From Eledone cirrhosa (Eukaryota), in the NCBI GenBank assembly GCA_964016885.1, contig OZ024742.1:164114001-164178000 (forward strand): 64,000 nucleotides of DNA, written 5' to 3'. The position numbers and the translations under genes are program-made. Shown piece after piece: positions 40,801-55,890 of this stretch. The notes beneath the pieces were generated by a model that was not told the origin of the DNA, ran no database searches, and worked only from the letters and a program-made list of their open reading frames with translations. The first letter of the stretch is position 1, and each line of letters starts with the position of its first letter.

Positions 40801-43800
40801 AAATTATCTCTCCTCGGACGACTAGAAATTACCTCTCCTTGGACAGCTGAAAATTATCTCCCCTTGGACGGCTGGAAATTATCTCCCCTTGATTTTTTTT
40901 ACAAATTATCTCCCCCTGATTTAGTTTACAAATTATCTCCCCCTGATTTTTTTTTACAAATTATCTCCCCCTGATTTTTTTTACAAATTATCTCCCCCTG
41001 ATATTTTTTACAAATTATCTCCCCCTGATTTTTTTACAAATTATCTCCCCTTGGCTGGCTGGAAATTATCTACCCTTGGAGGCTGGAATTTATCTCCCCT
41101 TGGACGGCTAGAAATTACCTCGCCTTGGACGGCTGGAAAATATGTCTCCTTGGACGGCTGGAAATTATCTCCCCTTGGACGGCTGGAAATTATCTCCCCT
41201 TGGACGGCTAGATATTACCTCCCATTGGACGGCTGGAAATTATCTCCCCTTGATTTTTTTTACAAATTATCTCCCCCTGATTTTTTTTTACGAATTATCT
41301 CCCCCTGATTTTTTTTTACAAATTATCTCCGCCTGATTTTTTTTTTAAAATTATCTCCCCTTGAACGGCTGGAAATTATCTCCCCTTGGACGGCTGGAAA
41401 TTATCTCCCCTTGGACGGCTAGAAATTACCTCTCCTTGGACGGCTGAAAATTATCTCCCCTTGGACGGCTGCAAATTATCTCCCCTTGATTTTTTTAACA
41501 AATTATCTCCCCCTGATTTTTTTTTACAAATTATCTCCCCCTGATTTTTTTTTACAAATTATCTACGCCTAATTTTTTTTACAAATTATCTCCCCCTGAT
41601 TTTTTTTTACAAATTATCTCCCCCTGATTTTTTTTACAAATTATCTCCCCCTGATTTTTTTTACAAATTATCTCCCCCTGATTTTTTTACAAATTATCTC
41701 CCCCCTGATTTTTTTTACAATCTCCGCCTGATTTTTTTAAAAATTATCTTCCCTTGGCTGGCGGGAAATTATCTCCCCTTGGACGGCTGGAAATTATATC
41801 CCCTTGGAAGGATGGAAATTATCTCCCCTTGGACGGCTGGAAATTATCTCCCCTTGGACGGCTGGAAATTACTTCCCCTTGGACAGCTGGAAATTATCTG
41901 CCCTTGATTTTGTTTTTACAAATTATCTCCCCCTGATTTTTTTTACAAATTATCTCCACCTGATTTTTTAAAAAATTATCTCCCCTTGGACGGCTGGAAA
42001 TTATCTCCCCTTGATTTTTTTACAAATTATCTCCCCCTGATTTTTTTTACAAATTATCTCCCCCTGATTTTTTTTTACAAATTATCTCCCCCTGATTTTT
42101 TTTACAAATTATCTCCGCCTGATTTTTTTAAATATTATCTTCCCTTGGCTGGCGGGAAATTATCTCCCCTTGGACGGCTGAAAATTATCTCCCCTTGGAC
42201 GGCTGGAAATTATCTCCCCTTGATTTTTTTTACAAATTATCTCCCCCTGATTTTTTTTTACAAATTATCTCCCCCTGATTTTTTTTTACAAATTATCTTC
42301 CCCTGATTTTTTTTTACAAATTATCTGCCCCTGATTTTTTTTACAAATTATCTCCCCCTGATTTTTTTACAAATTATCTCCCCTTGGCTGGCTGGAAATT
42401 ATCTCCCCTTGGAGGCTGGAATTTATCTCCCCTTGGACGGCTAGAAATTACCTCTCCTTGGACGGCTGGAAAATATTTCTCCTTGGACGGCTGGATATTA
42501 TCTACCCTTGGACGGGTGGAAATTATCTCCCCTTGGACGGCTGGAAATTATCTCCCCTTGGACGGCTAGATATTACCTCCCCTTGGACGGCTGGAAATTA
42601 TCTCCCCTTGATTTTTTTTACAAATTATCTCCCCCTGATTTTTTTTACAAATTATCTCCACCTGATTTTTTTACAAATTATCTCCCCCTGATTTTTTTTA
42701 CAAATCTCCCCCTGATTTTTTTTTTACAAATTATCTCCCCCTGATTTTTTTACAAATTATCTCCCCCTGATTTTTTTTACAAATTATCTCCGCCTGATTT
42801 TTTTAAATATTATCTTCCCTTGGCTGGCGGGAAATTATCTCCCCTTGGACGGCTGAAAATTATCTCCCCTTGGACGGCTGGAAATTATCTCCCCTTGATT
42901 TTTTTTACAAATTATCTCCCCCTGATTATTTTTTACAAATTATCTTTCCCTGATTTTTTTTACAAATTATCTCCCCCTGATTTTTTTTACAAATTATCTC
43001 CCCCTGATTTTTTTACAAATTATCTCCCCTTGGCTGGCTGGAAATTATCTCCCCTTGGAGGCTGGAATTTATCTCCCCTTGGACGGCTGGAAATTATCTC
43101 TCCTTGGACGGCTAGTAATTACCTCTCCTTGGACGGCTGGAAAATATCTCTTTGGAGGGCTGGAAATTATCTCCCCTTGGACGGCTGGAAATTATCTCCC
43201 CTTGGACGGCTGGAAATTATCTCTCCTTGGACGGCTAGAAATTACCTCTCCTTGGACGGCTGAAAATTATCTCTCCTTGGACGGCTGGAAATTATCTCCC
43301 CTTGGACGGCTAGATATTACCTCCCCTTGGACGGCTGGAAATTATCTCCCCTTGATTTTTTTTACAAATTATCTCCCCCTGATTTTTTTTACAAATTATC
43401 TCCACCTGATTTTTTTACAAATTATCTCCCCCTGATTTTTTTTACAAATTATCTCCGCCTAATTTTTTTAAATATTATCTTCCCTTGGCTGGCGGGAAAT
43501 TATCTCCCCTTGGACGGCTGAAAATTATCTCCCCTTGGACGGCTGGAAATTATCTCCCCTTGATTTTTTTTACAAATTATCTCCCCCTGATTTTTTTTAC
43601 AAATTATCTCCCCCTGATTTTTTTTTACAAATTATCTCCCCCTGATTTTTTTTTACAAATTATCTCCCCCTGATGTTTTTTACAAATTATCTCCCTTTGG
43701 CTGGCTGGAAATTATCTCCCCTTGGAGGCTGGAATTTATCTCCCCTTGGACGGCTAGAAATTACCTCGCCTTGGACGGCTGGAAAATATGTCTCCTTGGA

Positions 43801-46800
43801 CGGCTGGAAATTATCTCCCCTTGGACGGCTGGAAATTATCTCCCCTTGGACGGCTGGAAATTATCTCCCATTGGACGGCTAGATATTACCTCCCCTTGGA
43901 CGGCTGGAAATTATCTCCCCTTGATTTTTTTTACAAATTATCTCCCCCTGATTTTTTTTTACAAATTATCTCCCCCTGATTTTTTTTACAAATTATCTCC
44001 CCCTGATTTTTTTACAAATTATCTCCCCCCGATTTTTTTTACAAATTATATCCGCCTAATTTTTTTAAATACTATCTTCCCTTGGCTGGCGGGAAATTAT
44101 CTCTCCTTGGACGGCTGAAAATTATCTCCCCTTGGACGGCTGGAAATTATCTCCCCTTGATTTTTTTACAAATTATCTCCCCCTGATTATTTTTTACAAA
44201 TTATCTCCCCCTGATTTTTTTTTACAAATTATCTCCCTCTGATTTTTTTTACAAATTATCTCCCCTTGGCTGGCTGGAAATTATCTCCCCTTGGAGGCTG
44301 GAATTTATCTCCCCTTGGACGGTTAGAAATTACCTCTCCTTGGACTGCTGGAAAATATGTCTCCTTGGACGGCTGGAAATTATCTCCTCTTGGACGGCTG
44401 GAAATTATCTCCCCTTGGACGGCTGGAAATTATCTCTCCTCGGACGACTAGAAATTACCTCTCCTTGGACAGCTGAAAATTATCTCCCCTTGGACGGCTG
44501 GAAATTATCTCCCCTTGATTTTTTTTACAAATTATCTCCCCCTGATTTTTTTTTACAAATTATCTCCCCCTGATTTTTTTTTACAAATTATCTCCCCATG
44601 ATTTTTTTTACAAATTATCTCCCCCTGATATTTTTACAAATTATCTCCCCCTGATTTTTTTACAAATTATCTCCCCCTGATTTTTTTACAAATTATCTCC
44701 CCTTGGCTGGCTGGAAATTATCTCCCCTTGGAGGCTGGAATTTATCTCCCCTTGGACGGCTAGAAATTACCTCGCCTTGGACGGCTGGAAAATATGTCTC
44801 CTTGGACGGCTGGAAATTATCTCCCCTTGGACGGCTGGAAATTATCTCCCCTTGGACGGCTGGAAATTATCTCCCCTTGGACGGCTAGATATTACCTCCC
44901 CTTGGACGGCTGGAAATTATCTCCCCTTGATTTTTTTTACAATTTATCTCCCCCTGATTTTTTTTTACAAATTATCTCCCCCTGATTTTTTTTTACGAAT
45001 TATCTCCCCCTGATTTTTTTTTACAAATTATCTCCGCCTGATTTTTTTTTTAAAATTATCTACCCTTGAACGGCTGGAAATTATCTCCCCTTGGACGGCT
45101 GGAAATTATCTCCCCTTGGACGGCTAGAAATTACCTCTCCTTGGACGGCTGAAAATTATCTCCCCTTGGACGGCTGCAAATTATCTCCCCTTGATTTTTT
45201 AACAAATTATCTCCCCCTGATTTTTTTTTACAAATTATCTCCCCCTGATTTTTTTTTACAAATTATCTACGCCTAATTTTTTTTACAAATTATCTCCCCC
45301 TGATTTTTTTTACAAATTATCTCCCCCTGATTTTTTTTACAAATTATCTCCCCCTGATTTTTTTTTACAAATTATTTCCCCCTGATTTTTTTACAAATTA
45401 TCTCCCCCCTGATTTTTTTAAAAATTATCTTCCCTTGGCTGGCGGGAAATTATCTCCCCTTGGACGGCTGGAAATTATATCCCCTTGGAGGCTGGAATTT
45501 ATCTCCCCTTGGACGGCTAGAAATTACCTCGCCTTGGACGGCTGGAAAATATGTCTCCTTGGACGGCTGGAAATTATCTCCCCTTGGACGGCTGGAAATT
45601 ATCTCCCCTTGGACGGCTGGAAATTATCTCCCCTTGGACGGCTAGATATTACCTCCCCTTGGACGGCTGGAAATTATCTCCCCTTGATTTCTTTTACAAA
45701 TTATCTCCCCCTGATTTTTTTTTACAAATTATCTCCCCCTGATTTTTTTTTACGAATTATCTCCCCCTCATTTTTTTTTACAAATTATCTCCCCTTGAAC
45801 GGCTGGAAATTATCTCCCCTTGGACGGCTGGAAATTATCTCCCCTTGAAAGGCTAGAAATTACCTCTCCTTGGACGGCTGAAAATTATCTCCCCTTGGAC
45901 GGCTGCAAATTATCTCCCCTTGATTTTTTAACAAATTACCTCGCCTTGGACGGCTGGAAAATATGTCTCCTTGGACGGCTGGAAATTATCTCCCCTTGGA
46001 CGGCTGGAAATTATCTCCCCTTGGACGGCTGGAAATTATCTCCCATTGGACGGCTAGATATTACCTCCCCTTGGACGGCTGCAAATTATCTCCCCTTGAT
46101 TTTTTTAACAAATTATCTCCCCCTGATTTTTTTTTACAAATTATCTCCCCCTGATTTTTTTTTACAAATTATCTACGCCTAATTTTTTTTACAAATTATC
46201 TCCCCCTGATTTTTTTTTACAAATTATCTCCCCCTGATTTTTTTTACAAATTATCTCCCCCTGATTTTTTTTTACAAATTATCTCCCCCTGATTTTTTTA
46301 CAAATTATCTCCCCCCTGATTTTTTTTACAATCTCCGCCTGATTTTTTTAAAAATTATCTTCCCTTGGCTGGCGGGAAATTATCTCCCCTTGGACGGCTG
46401 GAAATTATATCCCCTTGGAAGGATGGAAATTATCTCCCCTTGGACGGCTGGAAATTATCTCCCCTTGGACGGCTGGAAATTATCTCCCCTTGGACAGCTG
46501 GAAATTATCTGCCCTTGATTTTGTTTTTACAAATTATCTCCCCCTGATTTTTTTTACAAATTATCTCCACCTGATTTTTTAAAAAATTATCTCCCCTTGG
46601 ACGGCTGGAAATTATCTCCCCTTGATTTTTTTACAAATTATCTCCCCCTGATTTTTTTTACAAATTATCTCCCCCTGATTTTTTTTTTACAAATTATCTC
46701 CCCCTGATTTTTTTACAAATTATCTCCCCCTGATTTTTTTTACAAATTATCTCCGCCTGATTTTTTTAAATATTATCTTCCCTTGGCTGGCGGGAAATTA

Positions 46801-49800
46801 TCTCCCCTTGGACGGCTGAAAATTATCTCCCCTTGGACGGCTGGAAATTATCTCCCCTTGATTTTTTTTACAAATTATCTCCCCCTGATTTTTTTTACAA
46901 ATTATCTCCCCCTGATTTTTTTTTACAAATTATCTCCCCCTGATTTTTTTTTACAAATTATCTGCCCCTGAGTTTTTTTACAAATTATCTCCCCCTGATT
47001 TTTTTACAAATTATCTCCCCTTGGCTGGCTGGAAATTATCTCCCCTTGGAGGCTGGAATTTATCTCCCCTTGGACGGCTAGAAATTACCTCTCCTTGGAA
47101 GGCTGGAAAATATTTCTCCTTGGACGGCTGGATATTATCTACCCTTGGACGGGTGGAAATTATCTCCCCTTGGACGGCTGGAAATTATCTCCCCTTGGAC
47201 AGCTAGATATTACCTCCCCTTGGACGGCTGGAAATTATCTCCCCTTGATTTCTTTTACAAATTATCTCCCCCTGATTTTTTTTACAAATTATCTCCACCT
47301 GATTTTTTTACAAATTATCTCCCCCTGATTTTTTTTACAAATTATCTCCCACTGATTTTTTTACAAATTATCTCCCCTTGGCTGGCTGGAAATTATCTCC
47401 CCTTGGAGGCTGGAATTTATCTCCCCTTGGACGGCTGGAAATTATCTCCCCTTGATTTTTTTTACAAATTATCTACCCCTGATTTTTTTTACAAATTATC
47501 TCCCCCTGATTTTTTTTACAAATTATCTCCCCCTGATTTTTTTACAAATTATCTCCCCCTGATTTTTTTACAAATTATCTCCCCCTGATTTTTTTTTACA
47601 AATTATCTACGCCTAATTTTTTTTACAAATTATCTCCCCCTGATTTTTTTTTACAAATTATCTCCCCCTGATTTTTTTTTACAAATTATCTCCCCCTGAT
47701 TTTTTTTTACAAATTATCTCCCCCTGATTTTTTTACAAATTATCTCCCCCCTGATTTTTATTGCAATCTCCGCCTGATTTTTTAAAAAATTATCTTCCCT
47801 TGGCTGGCGGGAAATTATCTTCCCTTGGACGGCTGGAAATTATATCCCCTTGGAAGGATGGAAATTATCTCCCCTTGGACGGCTGGAAATTATCTCCCCT
47901 TGGACGGCTGGAAATTATCTCCCCTTGGACAGCTGGAAATTATCTGCCCTTGATTTTGTTTTTACAAATTATCTCCCCCTGATTTGTTTTACAAATTATC
48001 TCCACCTGATTTTTTAAAAAATTATCTCCCCTTGGACGGCTGGAAATTATCTCCCCTTGGCTGGAAATTATCTCCCCTTGGACGGCTAGAAATTATCTCT
48101 CTTTGGACGGCTGGAAATTATCTGCCTTTGATTTTTTTTACAAATTATCTCCCCCTGATTTTTTTTTACAAATTATCTCACCCTGATTTTTTTTACAAAT
48201 TATCTCCCTCTGACTTTTTTACAAATTATCTCCCCTTGGCTGGCTGGAAATTATCTCCCCTTGGAGGCTGGAATTTATCTCCCCTTGGACGGCTAGAAAT
48301 TACCTCTCCTTGGACGGCTGGAAAATATGTCTCCTTGGACGGCTGGATATTATCTACCCTTGGACGGCTGGAAATTATCTCCCCTTGGACGGCTGGAAAT
48401 TATCTCCCCTTGGACGGCTAGATATTACCTCCCCTTGGACGGCTGGAAATTATCTCCCCTTGATTTTTTTACAAATTATCTCCCCCTGATTTTTTTACAA
48501 ATTATCTCCCCCTGATTTTTTTTACAAATTATCTCCGCCTAATTTTTTTAAATATTATCTTCCCTTGGCTGGCGGGAAATTATCTCCCCTTGGACGGCTG
48601 AAAATTATCTCCCATTGGACGGCTGGAAATTATCTCCCCTTGATTTTTTTTACAAATTATCTCCCCCTGATTTTTTTTTACAAATTATCTCCCCCTGATT
48701 TTTTTTACAAATTATCTCCCCCTGATTTTTTTACAAATTATCTCCCCTTGGCTGGCTGGAAATTATCTCCCCTTGGAGGCTGGAATTTATCTCCCCTTGG
48801 ACGGCTAGAAATTACCTCTCCTTGGACGGCTGGAAAATATGTCCTTGGACGGCTGGATATTATCTACCCTTGGACGGCTGGAAATTATCTCCCCTTGGAC
48901 GGCTGGAAATTATCTCCCCTTGGACGGCTAGATATTACCTCCCCTTGGACGGCTGGAAATTATCTCCCCTTGATTTTTTTTACAAATTATCTCCCCCTGA
49001 TTTTTTTTTACAAATTATCTCCCCCTGATTTTTTTTTACAAATTATCTACCCCTGATTTTTTTTTACAAATTATCTCCCCCTGATTTTTTTTACAAATTA
49101 TCTCCCCCTGATTTTTTTTTACAAATTATCTCCCCCTGATTTTTTTTTACAAATTATCTACCCCTGATTTTTTTTACAAATTATCTCCCCCTGATTTTTT
49201 TTACAAATTATCTCCCCCTGATTTTGTTTACAAATTATCTCCCCCTGATTTTTTTACAAATTATCTCCCCCTGATTTTTTTTACAAATTATCTCCGCCTA
49301 ATTTTTTTAAATATTATCTTCCCTTGGCTGGCGGGAAATTATCTCCCCTTGGACGGCTGAAAATTATCTCTCCTTGGACGGCTGGAAATTATCTCCCCTT
49401 GATTTTTTTTACAAATTATCTCCCCCTGATTATTTTTTACAAATTATCTCCCCCTGATTTTTTTTTACAAATTATCTCCCCCTGATTTTTTTTACAAATT
49501 ATCTCCCCCTGATTTTTTTACAAATTATCTCCCCTTGGCTGGCTGGAAATTATCTCCCCTTGGAGGCTGGAATTTATCTCCCCTTGGACGGTTAGAAATT
49601 ACCTCTCCTTGGACGGCTGGAAAATATGTCTCCTTGGACGGCTGGAAATTATCGCCCCTTGGACGGCTGGAAATTATCTCCCCTTGGACGGCTGGAAATT
49701 ATCTCTCCTCGGACGGCTAGAAATTACCTCTCCTTGGACAGCTGAAAATTATCTCCCCTTGGACGGCTGGAAATTATCTCCCCTTGATTTTTTTTACAAA

Positions 49801-52800
49801 TTATCTCCCCCTGATTTTTTTTTACAAATTATCTCCCCCTGATTTTTTTTTACAAATTATCTCCCCCTGATTTTTTTTTACAAATTATCTCCCCCTGATA
49901 TTTTTTACAAATTATCTCCCCCTGATTTTTTTACAAATTATCTCCCCTTGGCTGGCTGGAAATTATCTCCCCTTGGAGGCTGGAATTTATCTCCCCTTAG
50001 ACGGCTAGAAATTACCTCGCCTTGGACGGCTGGAAAATATGTCTCCTTGGACGGCTGGAAATTATCTCCCCTTGGACGGCTGGAAATTATCTCCCCTTGG
50101 ACGGCTGGAAATTATCTCCCCTTGGACGGCTAGATATTACCTCCCCTTGGACGGCTGGAAATTATCTCCCCTTGATTTTTTTTACAAATTATCTCCCCCT
50201 GATTTTTTTTTACAAATTATCTCCCCCTGATTTTTTTTTACGAATTATCTCCCCCCGATTTTTTTTTACAAATTATCTCCGCCTGATTTTTTTAAAAAAA
50301 TTATCTCCCCTTGAACGGCTGGAAATTATCTCCCCTTGGACGGCTGGAAATTATCTCCCCTTGGACGGCTAGAAATTACCTCTCCTTGGACGGCTGAAAA
50401 TTATCTCCCCTTGGACGGCTGCAAATTATCTCCCCTTGATTTTTTAACAAATTATCTCCCCCTGATTTTTTTTTACAAATTATCTCCCCCTGATTTTTTT
50501 TTACAAATTATCTCCCCCTGATTTTTTTACAAATTATCTCCCCCTGATTTTTTTAAAAATTATCTTCCCTTGGCTGGCGGGAAATTATCTCCCCTTGGAC
50601 GGCTGGAAATTATATCCCCTTGGAAGGATGGAAATTATCTCCCCTTGGACGGCTGGAAATTATCTCCCCTTGGACGGCTGGAAATTATCTCCCCTTGGAC
50701 AGCTGGAAATTATCTGCCCTTGATTTTGTTTTTACAAATTATCTCCCCCTGATTTTTTTTACAAATTATCTCCACCTGATTTTTTAAAAAATTATCTCCC
50801 CTTGGACGGCTGGAAATTATCTCCCCTTGATTTTTTTACAAATTATCTCCCCCTGATTTTTTTTACAAATTATCTCCCCCTGATTTTTTGTTACAAATTA
50901 TCTCCCCCTGATTTTTTTAAAAATTATCTCCCCCTGATTTTTTTTACAAATTATCTCCGCCTGATTTTTTTAAATATTATCTTCCCTTGGCTGGCGGGAA
51001 ATTATCTCCCCTTGGACGGCTGAAAATTATCTCCCCTTGGACGGCTGGAAATTATCTCCCCTTGATTTTTTTACAAATTATCTCCCCCTGATTTTTTTTT
51101 ACAAATTATCTACCCCTGATTTTTTTTACAAATTATCTCCCCTGATTTTTTTTTACAAATTATCTCCCCCTGATTTTTTTTTACAAATTATCTCCCCCTG
51201 ATTTTTTTACAAATTATCTCCCCTTGGCTAGCTGGAAATTATCTCCCCTTGGAGGCTGGAATTTATCTCCCCTTGGACGGCTAGAAATTACCTCTCCTTG
51301 GACGGCTGGAAAATATGTCTCCTTGGACGGCTGGATATTATCTACCCTTGGACGGCTGGAAATTATCTCCCCTTGGACGGCTGGAAATTATCTCCCCTTG
51401 GACGGCTAGATATTACCTCCCCTTGGACGGCTGGAAATTATCTCCCCTTGATTTTTTTTACAAATTATCTCCCCCTGATTTTTTTTTACGAATTATCTCC
51501 CCCTGATTTTTTTTTACAAATTATCTCCGCCTGATTTTTTTTTTAAATTATCTCCCCTTGAACGGCTGGAAATTATCTCCCCTTGGACGGCTGGAAATTA
51601 TCTCCCCTTGGACGGCTAGAAATTACCTCTCCTTGGACGGCTGAAAATTATCTCCCCTTGGACGGCTGCAAATTATCTCCCCTTGATTTTTTTAACAAAT
51701 TATCTCCCCCTGATTTTTTTTTACAAATTATCTCCCCCTGATTTTTTTTTACAAATTATCTACGCCTAATTTTTTTTACAAATTATCTCCCCCTGATTTT
51801 TTTTTACAAATTATCTCCCCCTGATTTTTTTTACAAATTATCTCCCCCTGATTTTTTTTTACAAATTTTCTCCCCCTGATTTTTTTACAAATTATCTCCC
51901 CCCTGAATTTTTTTACGATCTCCGCCTGATTTTTTTAAAAATTATCTTCCCTTGGCTGGCAGGAAATTATCTCCCCTTGGTCGGCTGGAAATTATATCCC
52001 CTTGGAAGGATGGAAATTATCTCCCCTTGGACGGCTGGAAATTATCTCCCCTTGGACGGCTGGAAATTACCTCCCCTTGGACAGCTGGAAATTATCTGCC
52101 CTTGATTTTGTTTTTACAAATTATCTCCCCCTGATTTTTTTTACAAATTATCTCCACCTGATTTTTTAAAAAATTATCTCCCCTTGATTTTTTTACAAAT
52201 TATCTCCCCCTGATTTTTTTTACAAATTATCTCCCCCTGATTTTTTTTTTACAAATTATCTCCCCCTGATTTTTTTACAAATTATCTCCCCCTGATTTTT
52301 TTTACAAATTATCTCCGCCTGATTTTTTTTACAAATTATCTCCCCTTGGCTGGCTGGAAATTATCTCCCCTTGGAGGCTGGAATTTATCTCCCCTTGGAC
52401 GGCTAGAAATTACCTCTCCTTGGACGGCTGGAAAATATGTCCTTGGACGGCTGGATATTATCTACCCTTGGACGGCTGGAAATTATCTCCCCTTGGACGG
52501 CTGGAAATTATCTCCCCTTGGAGGCTGGAATTTATCTCCCCTTGGACGGCTAGAAATTACCTCTCCTTGGACGGCTGGAAAATATGTCCTTGGACGGCTG
52601 GATATTACCTCCCCTTGGACGGCTGGAAATTATCTCCCCTTGATTTTTTTTACAAATTATCTCCCCCTGATTTTTTTTACAAATCTAATGATTTTAAAAA
52701 AAAAATTATCTCCCCTTCGCTGGCTGGAAATTATCTCCCCTTCGCTGGCTGGAAATTATCTCCCCTTGGACGCTGGAAATTATAGCCCCTTGGAGGGCTG

Positions 52801-55800
52801 GAAATTATCTTCCCTTGGACGGCTGGAAATTATCTCCCCTTGGCTCGAAATTATCTCCCCTTGGACGGCTAGAAATTATCTCTCTTTGGACGGCTGGAAA
52901 TTATCTCCCTTTGATTTTTTTTACAAATTATCTCCCCCTGATTTTTTTTACAAATCTCCCCCTGATTTTTTAAAAAAAATTATCTCCCCTTCGCTGGCTG
53001 GAAATTATCTCCCCTTGGACACTGGAAATTATAGCCCCTTGGAGGGCTGGAAATTATCTTCCCTTGGACGGCTGGAAATTATCTCTGCTTGATTTTTTTT
53101 ACAAATTATCTCCCCCTGATTTTTTTTTACAAATTATCCCCCCCGATTTTTTTTACAAATTATCTCCCCCTGATTTTTTTTACAAATTATCTCCCCTTGG
53201 ACGGCTGGAAATTATCTCCCCTTGGACGGCTGGAAATTATCTCCCCTTGGACGGCTAGAAATTACCTCTCCTTGGACGACTGAAAATTATCTCCCCTTGG
53301 ACGGCTGCAAATTATCTCCCCTTGATTTTTTTTACAAATTATCTCCGCCTGATTTTTTTTAAAAAATTATCTCCCCTTGGACGGCTGGAAATTACCTCCC
53401 CTTGGACGGCTGGAAATTATCTCCCCTTGGACGGCTAGAAATTACCTCTCATTGGACGGCTGAAAATTATCTCCCCTTGGACGGCTGGAAATTATCTCCC
53501 CTTGATTTTTTTTACAAATTATCTCCCCCTGATTTTTTTTTACAAATTATCTCCCCCTGATTTTTTTTTTACAAATTATCTCCGCCTGATTTTTTTTTAA
53601 AATTATCTCTCCTTGGACGGCTGGATATTATCTCCCCTTTCATTTTTTTTACACATTATCTCCCCCTGATTTTTTTTTACAAATTATCTCCCCCTGATTT
53701 TTTTTTACAAATTATCTACCCCTAATTTTTTTTTACAAATTATCTCCCCCTGATTTTTTTTACAAATTATCTCCCCCTGATTTTTTTTTTACAAATTATC
53801 TCCCCCTGATTTTTTTACAAATTATCTCCCCCTGATTTTTTTTACAAATTATCTCCGCCTGATTTTTTTAAATATTATCTTCTCTTGGCTGGCGGGAAAT
53901 TATCTCCCCTTGGACGGCTGAAAATTATCTCCCCTTGGACGGCTGGAAATTATCTCCCCTTGATTTTTTTTACAAATTATCTCCCCCTGATTTTTTTTTA
54001 CAAATTATCTCCCCCTGATTTTTTTTACAAATTATCTCCCCCTGATTTTTTTTTACAAATTATCTCCCCCTGATTTTTTTTACAAATTATCTCCCCCTGA
54101 TTTTTTTACAAATTATCTCCCCTTGGCTGGCTGGAAATTATCTCCCCTTGGAGGCTGGAATTTATCTCCCCTTGGACGGCTAGAAATTACCTCTCCTTGG
54201 ACGGCTGGAAAATATGTCCTTGGACGGCTGGATATTATCTACCCTTGGACGGCTGGAAATTATCTCCCCTTGGACGGCTGGAAATTATCTCCCCTTGGAC
54301 GGCTAGATATTACCTCCCCTTGGACGGCTGGAAATTATCTCCCCTTGATTTTTTTTACAAATTATCCCCCCCTGATTTTTTTTTACAAATTATCTCCCCC
54401 TGATTTTTTTTTACAAATTATCTACCCCTGATTTTTTTTTACAAATTATCTCCCCCTAATTTTTTTTACAAATTATCTCTCCCTGATTTTTTTTTACAAA
54501 TTATCTCCCCCTGATTTTTTTTTACAAATTATCTACCCCTGATTTTTTTTTACAAATTATCTCCCCCTGATTTTTTTTACAAATTATCTCCCCCTGATTT
54601 TTTTTACAAATTATCTCCCCCTGATTTTTTTACAAATTATCTCCCCCCGATTTTTTTTACAAATTATCTCCGCCTAATTTTTTTAAATATTATCTTCCCT
54701 TGGCTGGCGGGAAATTATCTCCCCTTGGACGGCTGAAAATTATCTCCCCTTGGACGGCTGGAAATTATCTCCCCTTGATTTTTTTACAAATTATCTCCCC
54801 CTGATTATTTTTTACAAATTATCTCCCCCTGATTTTTTTTTACAAATTATCTCCCACTGATTTTTTTTACAAATTATCTCCCCTTGGCTGGCTGGAAATT
54901 ATCTCCCCTTGGAGGCTGGAATTTATCTCCACTTGGACGGTTAGAAATTACCTCTCCTTGGACTGCTGGAAAATATGTCTCCTTGGACGGCTGGAAATTA
55001 TCTCCCCTTGGACGGCTGGAAATTATCTCCCCTTGGACGGCTGGAAATTATCTCTCCTCGGACGACTAGAAATTACCTCTCCTTGGACAGCTGAAAATTA
55101 TCTCCCCTTGGACGGCTGGAAATTATCTCCCCTTGATTTTTTTTACAAATTATCTCCCCCCGATTTTTTTTTACAAATTATCTCCCCCTGATTTTTTTTT
55201 ACAAATTATCTCCCCCTGATTTTTTTTACAAATTATCTCCCCCTGATATTTTTTACAAATTATCTCCCCCTGATTTTTTTACAAATTATCTCCCCTTGGC
55301 TGGCTGGAAATTATCTCCCCTTGGAGGCTGGAATTTATCTCCCCTTGGACGGCTAGAAATTACCTCGCCTTGGACGGCTGGAAAATATGTCTCCTTGGAC
55401 GGCTGGAAATTATCTCCCCTTGGACGGCTGGAAATTATCTCCCCTTGGACGGCTGGAAATTATCTCCCCTTGGACGGCTAGATATTACCTCCCCTTGGAC
55501 GGCTGGAAATTATCTCCCCTTGATTTTTTTTACAAATTATCTCCCCCTGATTTTTTTTTAAAATTATCTCCCCTTGAACGGCTGGAAATTATCTCCCCTT
55601 GGACGGCTGGAAATTATCTCCCCTTGGACGGCTAGAAATTACCTCTCCTTGGACGGCTGAAAATTATCTCCCCTTGGACGGCTGCAAATTATCTCCCCTT
55701 GATTTTTTAACAAATTATCTCCCCCTGATTTTTTTTTACAAATTATCTCCCCCTGATTTTTTTTTACAAATTATCTACGCCTAATTTTTTTTACAAATTA

Positions 55801-55890
55801 TCTCCCCCTGATTTTTTTTTACAAATTATCTCCCCCTGATTTTTTTTTACAAATTATTTCCCCCTGATTTTTTTACAAATTATCTCCCCC
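37812..55890. repeat. Higher-order repeat copy 3 (18,079 bp), mosaic
   Basis: Landmarks 38043, 41754 (=2736), 47761 (=8277), 49535 (=13672) and 52346 (=16478) are in the same order as in copies 1 and 2, with local insertions at ~39.5-41.2 kb and ~45.6-45.95 kb. Confidence 0.88.
52679..53100 (+). repeat. Diverged landmark patch (copy 3)
   Basis: Same string as at 34600, offset +18,079. Confidence 0.88.

Noticed and set aside
1-55890. HOR copies as a pure assembly artefact
   Set aside because: The copies carry private SNVs and distinct structural variants, some shared between particular pairs, which fits real evolution better. This cannot be fully excluded without reads.
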